Shown here piece by piece: positions 46,626 to 57,760 of a DNA stretch of 64,000 nt (positions are counted from its first letter, which is position 1; each line of letters starts with the position of its first letter). A model generated the notes under the pieces. The model had not been told where the DNA came from and did no database searches. It worked only from the letters and a program-made list of their open reading frames with translations. The stretch comes from Amoebophrya sp. A120. Taxonomy: Eukaryota; Protista; Dinoflagellata. The DNA lies in the NCBI GenBank assembly GCA_905178155.1, contig CAJINV010000003.1, positions 1,545,557 to 1,609,556 of the forward strand. Reading direction: 5' to 3'. The position numbers and the translations under genes are program-made.

Positions 46626-48826
46626 ATGCCGGCCATGCAAGCGGGAGTCGACTATGAGAAAAAGGAGGATGCGCCGTACCAGCCCGACCTTCCAACGGTA
46701 AAAACCGAAAAGGCGTACAAAAATCTCGTTTTCCTGAACACCCCGGCCGCGCGGAACATACGGATACAATGTGAATTCCAAGAGCCCGGCTGTCGACTGC
46801 TCGAGGAGGTTCATTATAGATACCCGGTTTTTTTTCCAAATTACTTTCGAATCTCGCATCTATTCGGTCCTCTAGTTGATTGCGCATACACGTAGGGATT
46901 GTGCGCAAAATTCCTCACTTTGTTTCAAAAGTCCGGACACATCATGTTCATCGATCTAGACAACCTACTTCTCACATCACCAGGAAGTGCACAACATTGT
47001 CATGTTTTTCGGTAGCGCGCGGGCCAAATCTCGCGAGGAGTTCGAACGCGCGTTGGAAACCGCCGAGCCCGGGAGCCCGGAGCGGGATAAGCTTTTGCGG
47101 ACCGAGTTTATGGTGAAATTCTACGAGGGTATTCGCACTCTGACCGAAAAGTTTAGCGACTGGAACCACCAACGCGTCCACGATGGAAAGGGAAGATACG
47201 TCGTCGGTACCGGGGGCGGGCCGGGCATGATGCAAGCCGCAAACGAGGGCGCGTACCGGGCCGAGGCACCCAGCGTTGGATTCGGAATCTCTCTCCCCTT
47301 CGAAACAGGACTCAATCCGTACAGATCTATTTCCCTTCACTTGTTGATTTGAAAATTGACGTTAATGCTGTTTCTTGTACTATGCTATCACCGTCCTTGC
47401 TGCAACTGCAAATGATAATTCGTCAAAATGCATTATCGTCATCAAGATCAAATTCAAAGTGAACCTCGGGAACAAGTCCCTATAACAAGGCCGCTAGTGC
47501 GGTACCACCATATGCAAAACATGTGCAGCACAACAAGATGAACAGAGAAACACCGAACAACAGGTACGTATCCCCCCCGCTAGCGTTCGAGTTTCACTAT
47601 TTCTTTACGCGTAAGTTTTGGATGGCGTACAAGATCTGCGGGTTGGTGTGTGCCCCCGGAGGGTTCGGCACCCTCGACGAGTTGTTTGAGATCCTGACCT
47701 ATCAACTGCAAATATGTCTGGGTCTGGAAGATTGCAAGATTTGTCATGCTAGTCTGGCATGACTCTTGCTCTTCACTCTGTATTGCGTGGCCACGAACAG
47801 CCTGTCTCGCCTGTCATGCAAAAACGCAGTTTCTCATTCGGAATGCGTAGCGCAGAAGCACGAAAAAACTTGCCATGCTTGGCTGCGCATTACAGTTCAC
47901 TCGTTGTTCACTGACTTGCATCACAAGTTTCCAGACCCAGACATATTTGCATTTGATATGACCCTGAAGCAAACCGGGCGGATCAAAAGACCCATTATCA
48001 GAAGAAAGAAGTGTTACAGTTACACATTGTGTTGCAAGCCCAGCATGAGAGACAACCTCTGTGATGCCAGAAATGCTTCCGAGCTTCATTTCATACGTGT
48101 TTTCCCTTACGATCTGTGCATTGCAAGTTTTCCCTCTCATGCAGAGAAAATTTGTGTTGCTGAAGTTACATCAAATGTGTAACTGTAACACTTTTTTCTT
48201 GTGATACCCATCCCGATCATTTTGTTCGGAAAATCGTACTGGGAGGGCATACTCAACTTCCAGGCGATGTGCGATCATGGGATGATTTCCCAGGACGACG
48301 TCAATTCGCTCTTCCTCACCGACGACGCCGATGAAGCTCTCAAGTTCCTCTGTCAGAGCTTGGAAGACGTACTTTTACAGAAAATGTTTTACCTGGCACG
48401 ATACTGGATGATTGATTTGTTCTTCAAATGTCTGGCCGGCATCGCTCTTCAAGTGGACCAAACCACATGTTGGTGTGTGTAAAAATGCACTACCTATGCC
48501 AAATACGTAACTCTATCTCTAACAGAATCTAAATCCTAAAATAATCGCAGGTCGAAGCCGATTTTGAGAGTCAGGGATCCCCGTTTCTGGCGCCCATGCG
48601 GGACAGCCAGGGCGGTTACGTGCACGACGCCATGGGCCGCATGCGCCGGCAGAGCGGGGAACAGGCTCGGAGTCCCGAACTCTCTCCGCAGACGGACACC
48701 AATAGTCCCGGAGGTGGCGGAAGCCAGCCCGAGTTCCAGATGGTGCAAGGCCAGCAGGGCAGCGGGGGTCAGGGCGCAGAGAAGAAGAAACCCAGCGGCA
48801 ACAAACCCACCGAGAGTGTGATATAA
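46626..48826 (+). CDS. LOG-family (so-called lysine decarboxylase-like) nucleotide phosphoribohydrolase; GT-AG introns 46809-46983, 47319-47563, 48369-48550 plus 2 introners
   Basis: [61 protein letters not shown]. Confidence 0.92.
47700..47958. mobile_element. Introner/MITE with A-type TIR, 259 bp, direct repeat TGACC
   Basis: tgacc|tatcaactgcaaatatgtctgggtctggaa...catatttgcatttgata|tgacc. Confidence 0.95.
47996..48206. mobile_element. Introner/MITE family B in reverse orientation, 211 bp, direct repeat CCCAT
   Basis: Same length as 11918-12128 and its interior is the reverse complement; removal gives [11 protein letters not shown]. Confidence 0.95.
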
Positions 48827-49728
48827 CTTTAACAGCTGACCTATTTGTATTTGCAGTAAAGCGATTGGAACTTGCGCTTGCTGCGTTGCGACCAACTGGT
48901 ACACTTCGATTTCTTTTTGCACCAGCTGCAGTAACTCAATGAGAGCTCTCACACCCCAGCAATGAAAATACAACGATAATATCTGAGTTACTAGAAGTCA
49001 ACAGGAGCAGCTTTCTCTTGTGTTTTCCCACAAACGACCTTCGCATCATCTTGGCTCCGATAGTAAGAATGGAAACAAAAAGCGCACAAATTTGAAGCCT
49101 TCATATAATGACTTTTTCAACCTATGACTTCCTCTTCAGTACCGCAGATTTCATGAATTGCGACCTAAAGAAAGGATAGGTACTGAATCTGAAACTTCAG
49201 ATGAATGCTTTGGTCTTATGGAAAGAACAGCGGTTCTGCTCTTCTTAATCTTGTAAAAAAAAGAAACAAAGAAAAATATATGTTGGGCACAACCTGCCGA
49301 TGCCTTTCGCAACTAGCTCCGTGTACCCACTCGGCCTCAGAGTTGTGGGCAATGATAGTTCTATGTGATGTATGTTTCTTTTCACCTTCCTGTCGATGTC
49401 GTGGTAGTGGCCGCCTTTTCCTACCTCGAGAGATGGCACAGATGTATGCGTGAGAGTGAGTGTGATGAAGGGCAGAAAAATCTTCAAAGGAATAGGTGCA
49501 CAAGGCAAAGCTAGAATTTGCACTCGTTGTTGAGTTGCCCTTGATACCTGCCTTCTTTCCGTCCACCCACATTTATTGTGATCGTCCCAAATAAAGCCGA
49601 CGCTTTCCAGATACAGTATCAGGATTTTCAAGTTGGACGACAACAAGAAAAGGAAGCAAATATAGCCGCATGGAGCAACTTCAAGAACTTGCTTGGTTTG
49701 TTTTACCACGACACTACTCGTTCCTATC

Positions 49729-51802
49729 ATGCCGAACCACAAGAAGGCGAAGCAGCTGAGGGAGGCGAAGGAAGCCAGAGTCGCCCTCGCTGCTGCGGAG
49801 CAGGCCGCGAAGAAAGATTTGAGTCAAAAGGCAGTGGCTGCGGATTATCCGGCCGGGGGAGGTGGAATGAATAAAGCCGGTGGAGCTGGTGCACCTAGAT
49901 CTTTCGCGAAGAAGCATGCAACGAGTTCCACTTCACAGCAGGACCTCTTGACGAGCACGATGACAGGGGTTTTGGAGAAGCTGCGCCAGCAGGCAATGGA
50001 AACAAAGAAGATGGCCGACACGTATCTAAGCCAGGGGTTGCTAGACGAGTACAATCACTATGGCCGGGAAGTGACCGACTTTATTTCAACAGTTGTGTGG
50101 TCCTGCTAATACGAACCAGAACCATACTAGTACCTCGTGTGGTTTTGAAGAGACAGTAACATGTTCTTTTTTTCTGTGATCGTGATGCACTGTTTGAATC
50201 CAAAATCGCTCGTGACCGGCTGAAGCTCACTGCTTGCGGGTGTGGTTTCGCCATTTTTACAAAAACGAGGAGGAAGGTTCGTCTGCGTGACAAGAAGTTT
50301 AGGGCTAACACCAGGTGCCACAAGGAATAAAAAGTCACTTCCTTGAACCCTATAAGCAAGCACGGGAGATGCAGGAGCGCATTGAGCAGAACGTGCGACA
50401 AGTGGAGCAGAAACTAGTTTCCGCACTTGGCCTTGGCCCGGCTTCGGTTCCGGTCGTTATGACTGGTGGGGCTGCAGTACCTTCAAGTACAAGCACTGCG
50501 AAAAGCACAGCTGGATCGGCAGCAGGAGCGAGGACCGACGGCGCTGAGCGTACCATCGACGGTGCTCATTTACCCGCACGAAAAACAACGAAGGATTTGG
50601 CTTATGGCGGCAACCAAATCGGCGGTGCGCATGCGGCGCATGCAAGCGATGTTGGCATAAGACATTCTAGTACCACTACGTCGCAACAAGAGCAAGTAGA
50701 GGCTGAATGTGTCTCGGTAGTACCGACGTACAAGCGGCTCCCCGACCGGTTCCACTACACGTGGACATTGCTGAAGAACCAGAAGGTGCTGGAAATTTGG
50801 ATTTCCCAAATTGAGCACATTCCCGACGTGGACCTGGCCCCCGACTGGCTGCGCATCACGGGGCTTCCAGACGAGGACCTCGTTTTAACGTTGCCGATCT
50901 CGCCGCCGTGTGTGCCCGATGCGGTAAAGGTCTCGCGGAAGAAGAAACTGGAGAAACTGCTTCTCGACTTTTCCTCCACCTGCAGCTCGCCGGCACTGGC
51001 AACTTCCGGCAGTTGCGTGACGAATCTGCTGGTGCCACGGCTGAAGGACGCCAACTTAGGCTTCGGAAAGGTCGACGGCTTCGTCGACCTCTGCACAGCG
51101 GACCGGTTGCGACAGCAAGTGCTTACCCTGTGGAAGGACGGCAAATTGCGGCCCGGACAGATCGAGGGACCCGCCGCGCCCCCGGGAGCGAAGAAATCAT
51201 CTGGACAAGAAGGTCGTGAGGAACAAAATCTTGTGGCTGCTGAAACTTCTTCGCCGCAGCAGGAGCAGCCTGGAAGTAAACCAGCGAATAAAGCAAGGTC
51301 CGACATGTACGCCTACTTGGATGAGCAACTTTCCGAGAATGCAGTCTTGCGGCAATTCACGCAAGCGCTGGATCTCCTGCTGCTCGAGCTCAGCTCCGCC
51401 GAGCACAACATCGAGGCTTTGAGGAACCGAAAGCTGATGCGCGGGCGGCCCATGGTTACCGTGTACACCGGACTGGGGTCCCGCTACACGCCCCACTACG
51501 ACTGCGTCCAGGGCGACAACGGGCGCGTGGCCACCTGTATCTTGTACCTGAACCCCTTTTGGTCGGCAAAGGACGGGGGCGTACTCAAACTCTGGCCGGA
51601 AACGCGCGGACGAAGGTTGGACCCGGTGGGACCCACGCACCAAGTCGAGCCCTTGCACGGGCGGCTGGCGCTTTTTCTCTGCGACAGCCGGAATCTGCAC
51701 GAAGTCACGCCGATTCAGGAGGAAAACGCGGAACCCCGCGTCGCAATCTCGTGCTGGTACTATGACACGAACCGTGTCAAGGAAATGGACTGCGAAGACT
51801 AA
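49729..51802 (+). CDS. EGLN/PHD-like prolyl 4-hydroxylase (2OG-Fe(II) oxygenase) with a possible CS/PIH1-like domain; intron 50071-50314
   Basis: YTPHYD, RVATCILYLN, WSAKDGGVL, PLHGRLALF, HEV, RVAISCWY. Confidence 0.85.
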
Positions 51803-52486
51803 GTAAACTTTTTTACAACCTCCGGTGAAGATGTCCAAGACGAACACTTGTAAAAGCACTTGATAAAAACCTGCTTCTACGAATTGCAGCTTGTCCTTAA
51901 TATATAGATTCTGCACCTCCATCATTCGCAAAGGAGCGCATCTTCTTTCTGCTTCTGCAATACAGGAGCATTCATACAGACTGCAGAACCTGAATCAATG
52001 TTCTTTCTACAGCTGCTTTCTTTACGCTTCGTGGTGATTTTCTTAGCGAACGCTGAACCAGTCGTGCACTACCGTCGTGGTTACTTAACTACGATTTGCC
52101 AGCAAGCGATCAGTCACACTGATGGTTACGACCCGTGCAGCTTGTGATATCTTGTTGTGCAGATTGTTTTCGATAGAGGCGACACTCGGATCTCCAGCGA
52201 CGTTCGTACACATACAACTTCCAATGCCATAGTACACGACTCCAACAGTTCCCACACAAAAGGGCACTATTCTAGGCCACCCATATTGTCACATTACTTA
52301 ACCAATGCTGGATGTATCATTTCATCTTCGTCCCCGCGCACTAAGAAAATTGCGAACAGATCACGTCCAAGACTCGACGAACGACTAGAACTCTGTGTAA
52401 GCTATGTTTTCTATGAAAGAGAAAGGTGCAGCTTTATCGGCGGCCCTTAGTACGACCACAAAAAAGAAGAAGGAAATAACCCAAGG

Positions 52487-53761
52487 ATGATCGTTGATCG
52501 GTTTCCTGAGTTTCGGCAGTATGCGCGGGAGGCTGGCATCGAGACGACGTCGATGGAGGAGCTTCGGGCCAGGCATCAGCAAAATGCCAACTCTATGCAA
52601 GCATTGCAGCTATGATGTTGTACTTAGTCTGGGTCTGGAAGTTTTCTGCAAGTTGTCGTGCGAAAATTTGATGATCATGCATGAAGATGAACGCCAAGAT
52701 GAGCTGCCCGCTTCTTCCTCAGGAGAAGGCGGATTTCTCATGCGAGATAGGCATGAGGGACGTCTCGCGAAATCTGTGACGCTTTTGTGTGCATTCCAGC
52801 CCATGCGTGTGGTCCGTGAGATGCAGGATGAATCGCGTAAAGGGTTCTTCTTCGAGACCCAGACATATACCAACTAAATTTGCACTACATAAACTCCCCC
52901 GACGCCTCAAAGGACCCGAGCGCGAGCAGCAAGAAAGCCGCGGATGACCCGATGCGCGAGTTCTTCGAGCACGTGCGCGCGATCCAGGATCGCATCGCGG
53001 ACGCACGCAGGAGCACGGACCTGATTCAGCAGTACACGGAGGACTTCCTCGTGGCCACCAGCACCGCGCTCGAGACGAAGGCACAGCAGAACTCCGAGGA
53101 GGAGGCATCCAGGACGAACAAAGTGCTGCAGGAAGCGAAGCACATGCTGGAAGATTTGAAAAACCCGCCGGACGGAGCAAAGGGAAATAAAACCAAGAAG
53201 GTGAACTCGAAGATACGGCAAAACATGTGCAACAGCCTCGCGAAAAAGCTGCAACAGGAGGTGCTGCAGTTTCAGCAGGCGCAGTCGAACTTCACGAAGG
53301 AAATCAAGGCGAAGACGGCGCGCCAGTTGCAAATCACGTGTCCGGAGGCGAGCCTCGAAGAGATCGACACCATGATCCAAAACGGCGAGACCCGGGACAC
53401 GCAGGTGCAGCGGCAGATGGCGGGCAGCCACGCGGTGCTGCTGGAAAACCTGCAGCAGGTACACGACAAGTACCGCGCCATACGAAGGTTGGAGCGGTCG
53501 ATGGCCGAGCTCCACCAGATGTTTCTGGATATGGCCCAGTTGATCGAGCACCAGGGCGAGATCCTCGACGTAATCGAGGTGAACGTGGCAAAAACCAAGG
53601 ACTACACGACACAAGCCGAAAAGGAGCTGATCACAGCGAGGAAAGGCCAGTTCACGGCACAACGCCGCATGTGCTGCATAACGGTCGTTATGCTCATCAT
53701 CGTGGCAATCATCATCTTCCCGATTCTGTTTGCCCCCTCAGCCGGGGGAGGATTTAGATGA
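52487..53761 (+). CDS. Qa-SNARE syntaxin (plasma-membrane, syntaxin-1-like) with one introner
   Basis: N-peptide MIVDRFPEF joins in frame after excision; Habc helices, SNARE motif LHQMFLDMAQLIEHQGEILDVIE, C-terminal TM helix. Confidence 0.92.
52594..52891. mobile_element. Introner/MITE, family A-like, reverse orientation, 298 bp, direct repeat AACTC
   Basis: aactc|tatg...gtctgggtctggaag...gagacccagac...cata|aactc; removal gives QNANSPDAS. Confidence 0.9.
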
Positions 53762-54588
53762 AAGCGAGTTACTTTTCAATCATTGCCAACATAATCGGAT
53801 CGAACTGAGAAGAAACCAAAACAACTTGATGAGCCGCGGCGGCGCACCCGCGACGTACTGCAGCAAGAGGCTTTGCTTTGTATCTACGTATATTTATCTT
53901 CTTGATGTTCAGCACGCGGCTTTTACTCGATGTCAAGCTTTCGCAAGCAGCTGCATTCTTGTAGTTTGTTCTTAGCGAGTGCAAGGAACTGATTTCGTCC
54001 TTGTCATGTTCCAGATCCACCATCGGAGCTTCTGCATTTTACGTTGCTGGTGGAGTTCGGTGGAGCAACGCGATCATGATGTGATTTTCTTTTTCGAGGA
54101 AAACAAGAAGGTCGAGATCTGACGAACGCTCACGACAGCTACATCAGCCGAATGTTGAGTAGCTAGTGCACACGCAGAATGTACAAACAAACCAACGCGT
54201 CCCGAGCGATCGCGCGTTTTTTTCTTGTTGGCTCACAAGATAGATCGCCACCATTGAATAAGTATTTCATTTTGATGCGTATGACGGCGACGGGTCCGCA
54301 CGGCACGCACACCTTCGGCTAACTCTATTCGTTTTTCAAAAAATGAATCAGACAATAAGGAAACATATTGAGAACGAGAAGTTTCGTGATCTGTTTTCTT
54401 CACCCAGCACCAGCATTGTTTTGTGACGATTCCGATTTAAGTTTGATTTATGCCTTTCGAGGAAGTATCAGTATGATTCCATTTGTCTGTGTGTTGCCGA
54501 AACCCTATCAATCGGGAATCCTTTTTCATCTGCCGTTTGACATATTAGCTCTTGCAACACTTCACAAGTACGCAATCTAATCGACAAG

Positions 54589-57341
54589 ATGACTAGAACT
54601 GAAATTGATCTCTTAAGTACTCTGGACTTGCGCGGTGCGCGACCGAGTAAGGAACGGGTGGAGCAGCTCACAACGTCCCCGGTCGTCAGTAACTACCCCG
54701 CGAAGTTCTGGCCTTTCGATGGGGCTCCGCACATGTGGGGACCGGGCGAGGTCTGGGTCCGACTAGGAAAGGGCGCCTCCTCGTGTGCGGCTGCGCAGGA
54801 GTGCCGAAGGACGCTCGACGCAGGCAGGCCGCTCGATGTGGCGCGCGTCGTTGCAGAAAAGGACCCGCAGATCGCGAAGGCCCTGGCGGTGTTGAAGAGC
54901 AAACCGGAATGGTACAGCGACGCGGACGGGTTTGCAGAGGAGGCGAACTTGGGCAATGTCTTGGAGGAGTTGAAAAAGCAGGACTGTGTGCCGGAGTGGC
55001 TGGACTCCCGGCAAAAGCTTGGCACCTTCTGGCCGGAGTTGTCAGTCAAGCCGGGGCGTTTGTGGGTAGTTAAGAATTGTCAAATGACTACCGAAAAAGA
55101 CAATGACGCACTGGGAGAAGTTGCCGCGTTGCTTACGCTCATCGACGGGAAGGCAACCTGGGCACTCGCGCCGCGCGGCCCCATTGTGCCGGTAGGCATG
55201 ACGGACACAGTGACGCGCCACTCCATCGGTCTATACCGCCGCTGCCGCTTCATCGGAAATGTGCCGGCCCACCTGGTCCGCGACAATTGCATCTGCACGA
55301 GCCAGAGACTTAACAAGCAGGCGGCGCTGCGGCTCTTCGAGCAGTTACCCCTCTGGTGGGGCTTTCGGGACAAAAAGGAGCACTCTGACAATTGGGACGA
55401 CTACCATGCTGAAGTGAAGAAAATGAAGGAGCGAACCGGCGCTGCCGGGCCCGTCCGCGCTGATAATCCGGAGAGAACTCTGGTCCTGCCGCTACCAGCA
55501 GAAGTCGAGGAGGCCCTCCAGTCCCGCAGCCTGGAGAAGCAATACAGTGATGTGCTCCGTGAATTCGCCACCTTTTTCACGACCGGAAAAGTTAAAGTCG
55601 CGAAGCGGGCGAACATCTTGAACGAAGCGGACAAAGAGAAAGCGCGAGAGGGTGGGAAGAAAAACCACAAGTCGGGAACACCACAGGCGATAACGATTGG
55701 AGCGACCACCTACCGCCAGTCTTATGCGGGTGTGCTTAGTAAGTTTTCACGGCCGCTGCGGGGGCAATACCTCTCGAGGATGGTGGTAGAACTGCACAGA
55801 AAGGTTTGCAGCGTGTACGAGACGCCAGCCGGAGCCACGTCTTCTTCCTCCTCATCCGCCGCTGCCCGACCGGTCTCAGCCAAGATGAAGCGCCCAGCCG
55901 CAGAGGCGCCAGCCGAAAACGGTGAAGGCGCGCCAGGTCGTGCGCTTGGCACTGATGCGCTCTGGACCAGCTGCACAGTCAACTACGACGTCACAACCAT
56001 TCTCCACCGGGATTCGAATAATTGCCGAGGGTTATACTCTATCAAACGCAGAAGTGTCTGGGTCTGGAAAGCAACTTCTGATGCGCGTCTTGCGTCCCTG
56101 AAAAATCTGTGTCACATAAGCAGAAAGAATGCCAGCGTTTTCATGCTGCAACGCAGTGTTTAGTGCGTACTAGACATCAATCTATGACTATGAGAAAGAT
56201 CGATAAAAACGCGTCATGCTTAGCAGTACTTCGAAGTGGAAGTGGTTGTTCAATTGTCCAGAGTTCAGCATCACAAGTTTCCAGACCAAGACATATTTGC
56301 ACTTGATGCGCCCTCTTGTCCTTGCTCTAGGAACTTTTCAAACAGGAGGTCGATTATTCGTCCAAGATGAGGACGTGGCGCGCAGCAACCCTCCGAGGCG
56401 CTTGGACGGCAAAGAAGCAAGCGGCGCACCCGGGCACTTTCACTGTACACAGACAGGGAAGAAGGTCAGCGGATTTTTTTTCGACGTGAAACAAAACCCA
56501 CTGCTATTTTGGGGCGGTGTGCGGCACGGTATTTACTTATTTACCGCTGTCGTTTTTCGGCGTCGAGTATTCATCCGCATATCCTAACTGATCACGATGT
56601 GTAGGCGCATACGTAAGATTTCAGAGGCGAAGTAGCGAAAAGCGAGCAACTCGTTGCGTCTGCCTAGCGGTAGTGCATTCTCCTCTGCATATTATCAACT
56701 GAAAAACACATACAGTCGCAGCAAACATCAAATGTAAAACGAAAATGTAATGATCAGGTACAGAACCGTACACGGGGGGAAGTCGCATGGCGTTTGTCTT
56801 TTTCTCGCATTCCAACATCTACCGCGTTTCCAATCCCGCACAGGAAGGTTTGCGCGATGCTTTGCTGGAGGATCTCTCCGCGCTCGGAATTCCGGCCCCC
56901 ACGCCACAGCAAGTCGAGGATGCGGCAGCCAGACACCTGGATAGCACCAGTAAGACCAGCAACAAGCGTGCAAAGGTCCTCACGAAAAAAAGAGACGAAG
57001 CTGCAACCACGACCACGAGTGCAGAGCCAGATGCAGCTGTCCCCGACCATCCAGACGGAGAACATGAAAACTTTGATGAAGATCGCCGAGATCCCACGAT
57101 TGAGAAGTTTGGAGACGTTGCAGACGATGTCGGCGACATGTACATGGGATTCGTTGCTAGCGGGTTCATACAAATGTGTGACGAGCGACGCAGGGCGCGG
57201 GCTGTCGAAGGAGAAGATGGGAAGTCCAGCAGCAGTAGCAGTGGGCGAAACATGCTCGCAGATGACAAAATTAGTCGACAAACGTCCAAAGCGTCCAGTA
57301 CATCGGATCCCTCTTCCAAGACAAACGCGAAAGCAAAGTAG
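54589..57341 (+). CDS. TET/JBP-like 2OG-Fe(II) dioxygenase; one introner and GT-AG intron 56529-56757
   Basis: Reconstructed WTSCTVNYDVTTILHRDSNN...LALGTFQTGGRLFV...LLFWGGVRHGTEPYTGGSRMAFVFF supplies HxD, distal H and the 2OG-binding R. Confidence 0.75.
56040..56308. mobile_element. Introner with A-type TIR and decayed direct repeat (TACTC/CGCCC)
   Basis: tatcaaacgcagaagtgtctgggtctggaaa ... tttccagaccaagacatatttgcacttgatg; removal of element + 5 nt keeps the frame. Confidence 0.85.
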
Positions 57342-57760
57342 ATGCCTATTCCGTTGTGCGATGCCATCGATTTGAAAACAGAAACTCCTACAACACGAAC
57401 AAGTCGCCTCGGCCGCAACAAATATTTACTTGCTCGCCTCGCGTTGCAACGCTTGCGCTGCTACTGCTTCTGCTCGCTCTTTTTTTTTCTGTTCTTGTAG
57501 ATGTAGTTCGTCTTCGTATGTGTTTCGTGTGTGTTGTGAACTATTCGCCAAATTGTCTTCATCAGCTCGTGACTCATGTTAGAGCTCGTTGTTATTCCAT
57601 ATCCACGCACAACTTGCGATTGAGTCTTTTCCCTCGTTTAATATTATACCGACATTCAAATTACATTTACTTTCTTCTGCACCAGACAAGTAGTTCGTTG
57701 TCGCAGAAATTTTCGTTGGGTTTTCCCTGTTTACAACATGCATCTCTGCTTTTGTACACA

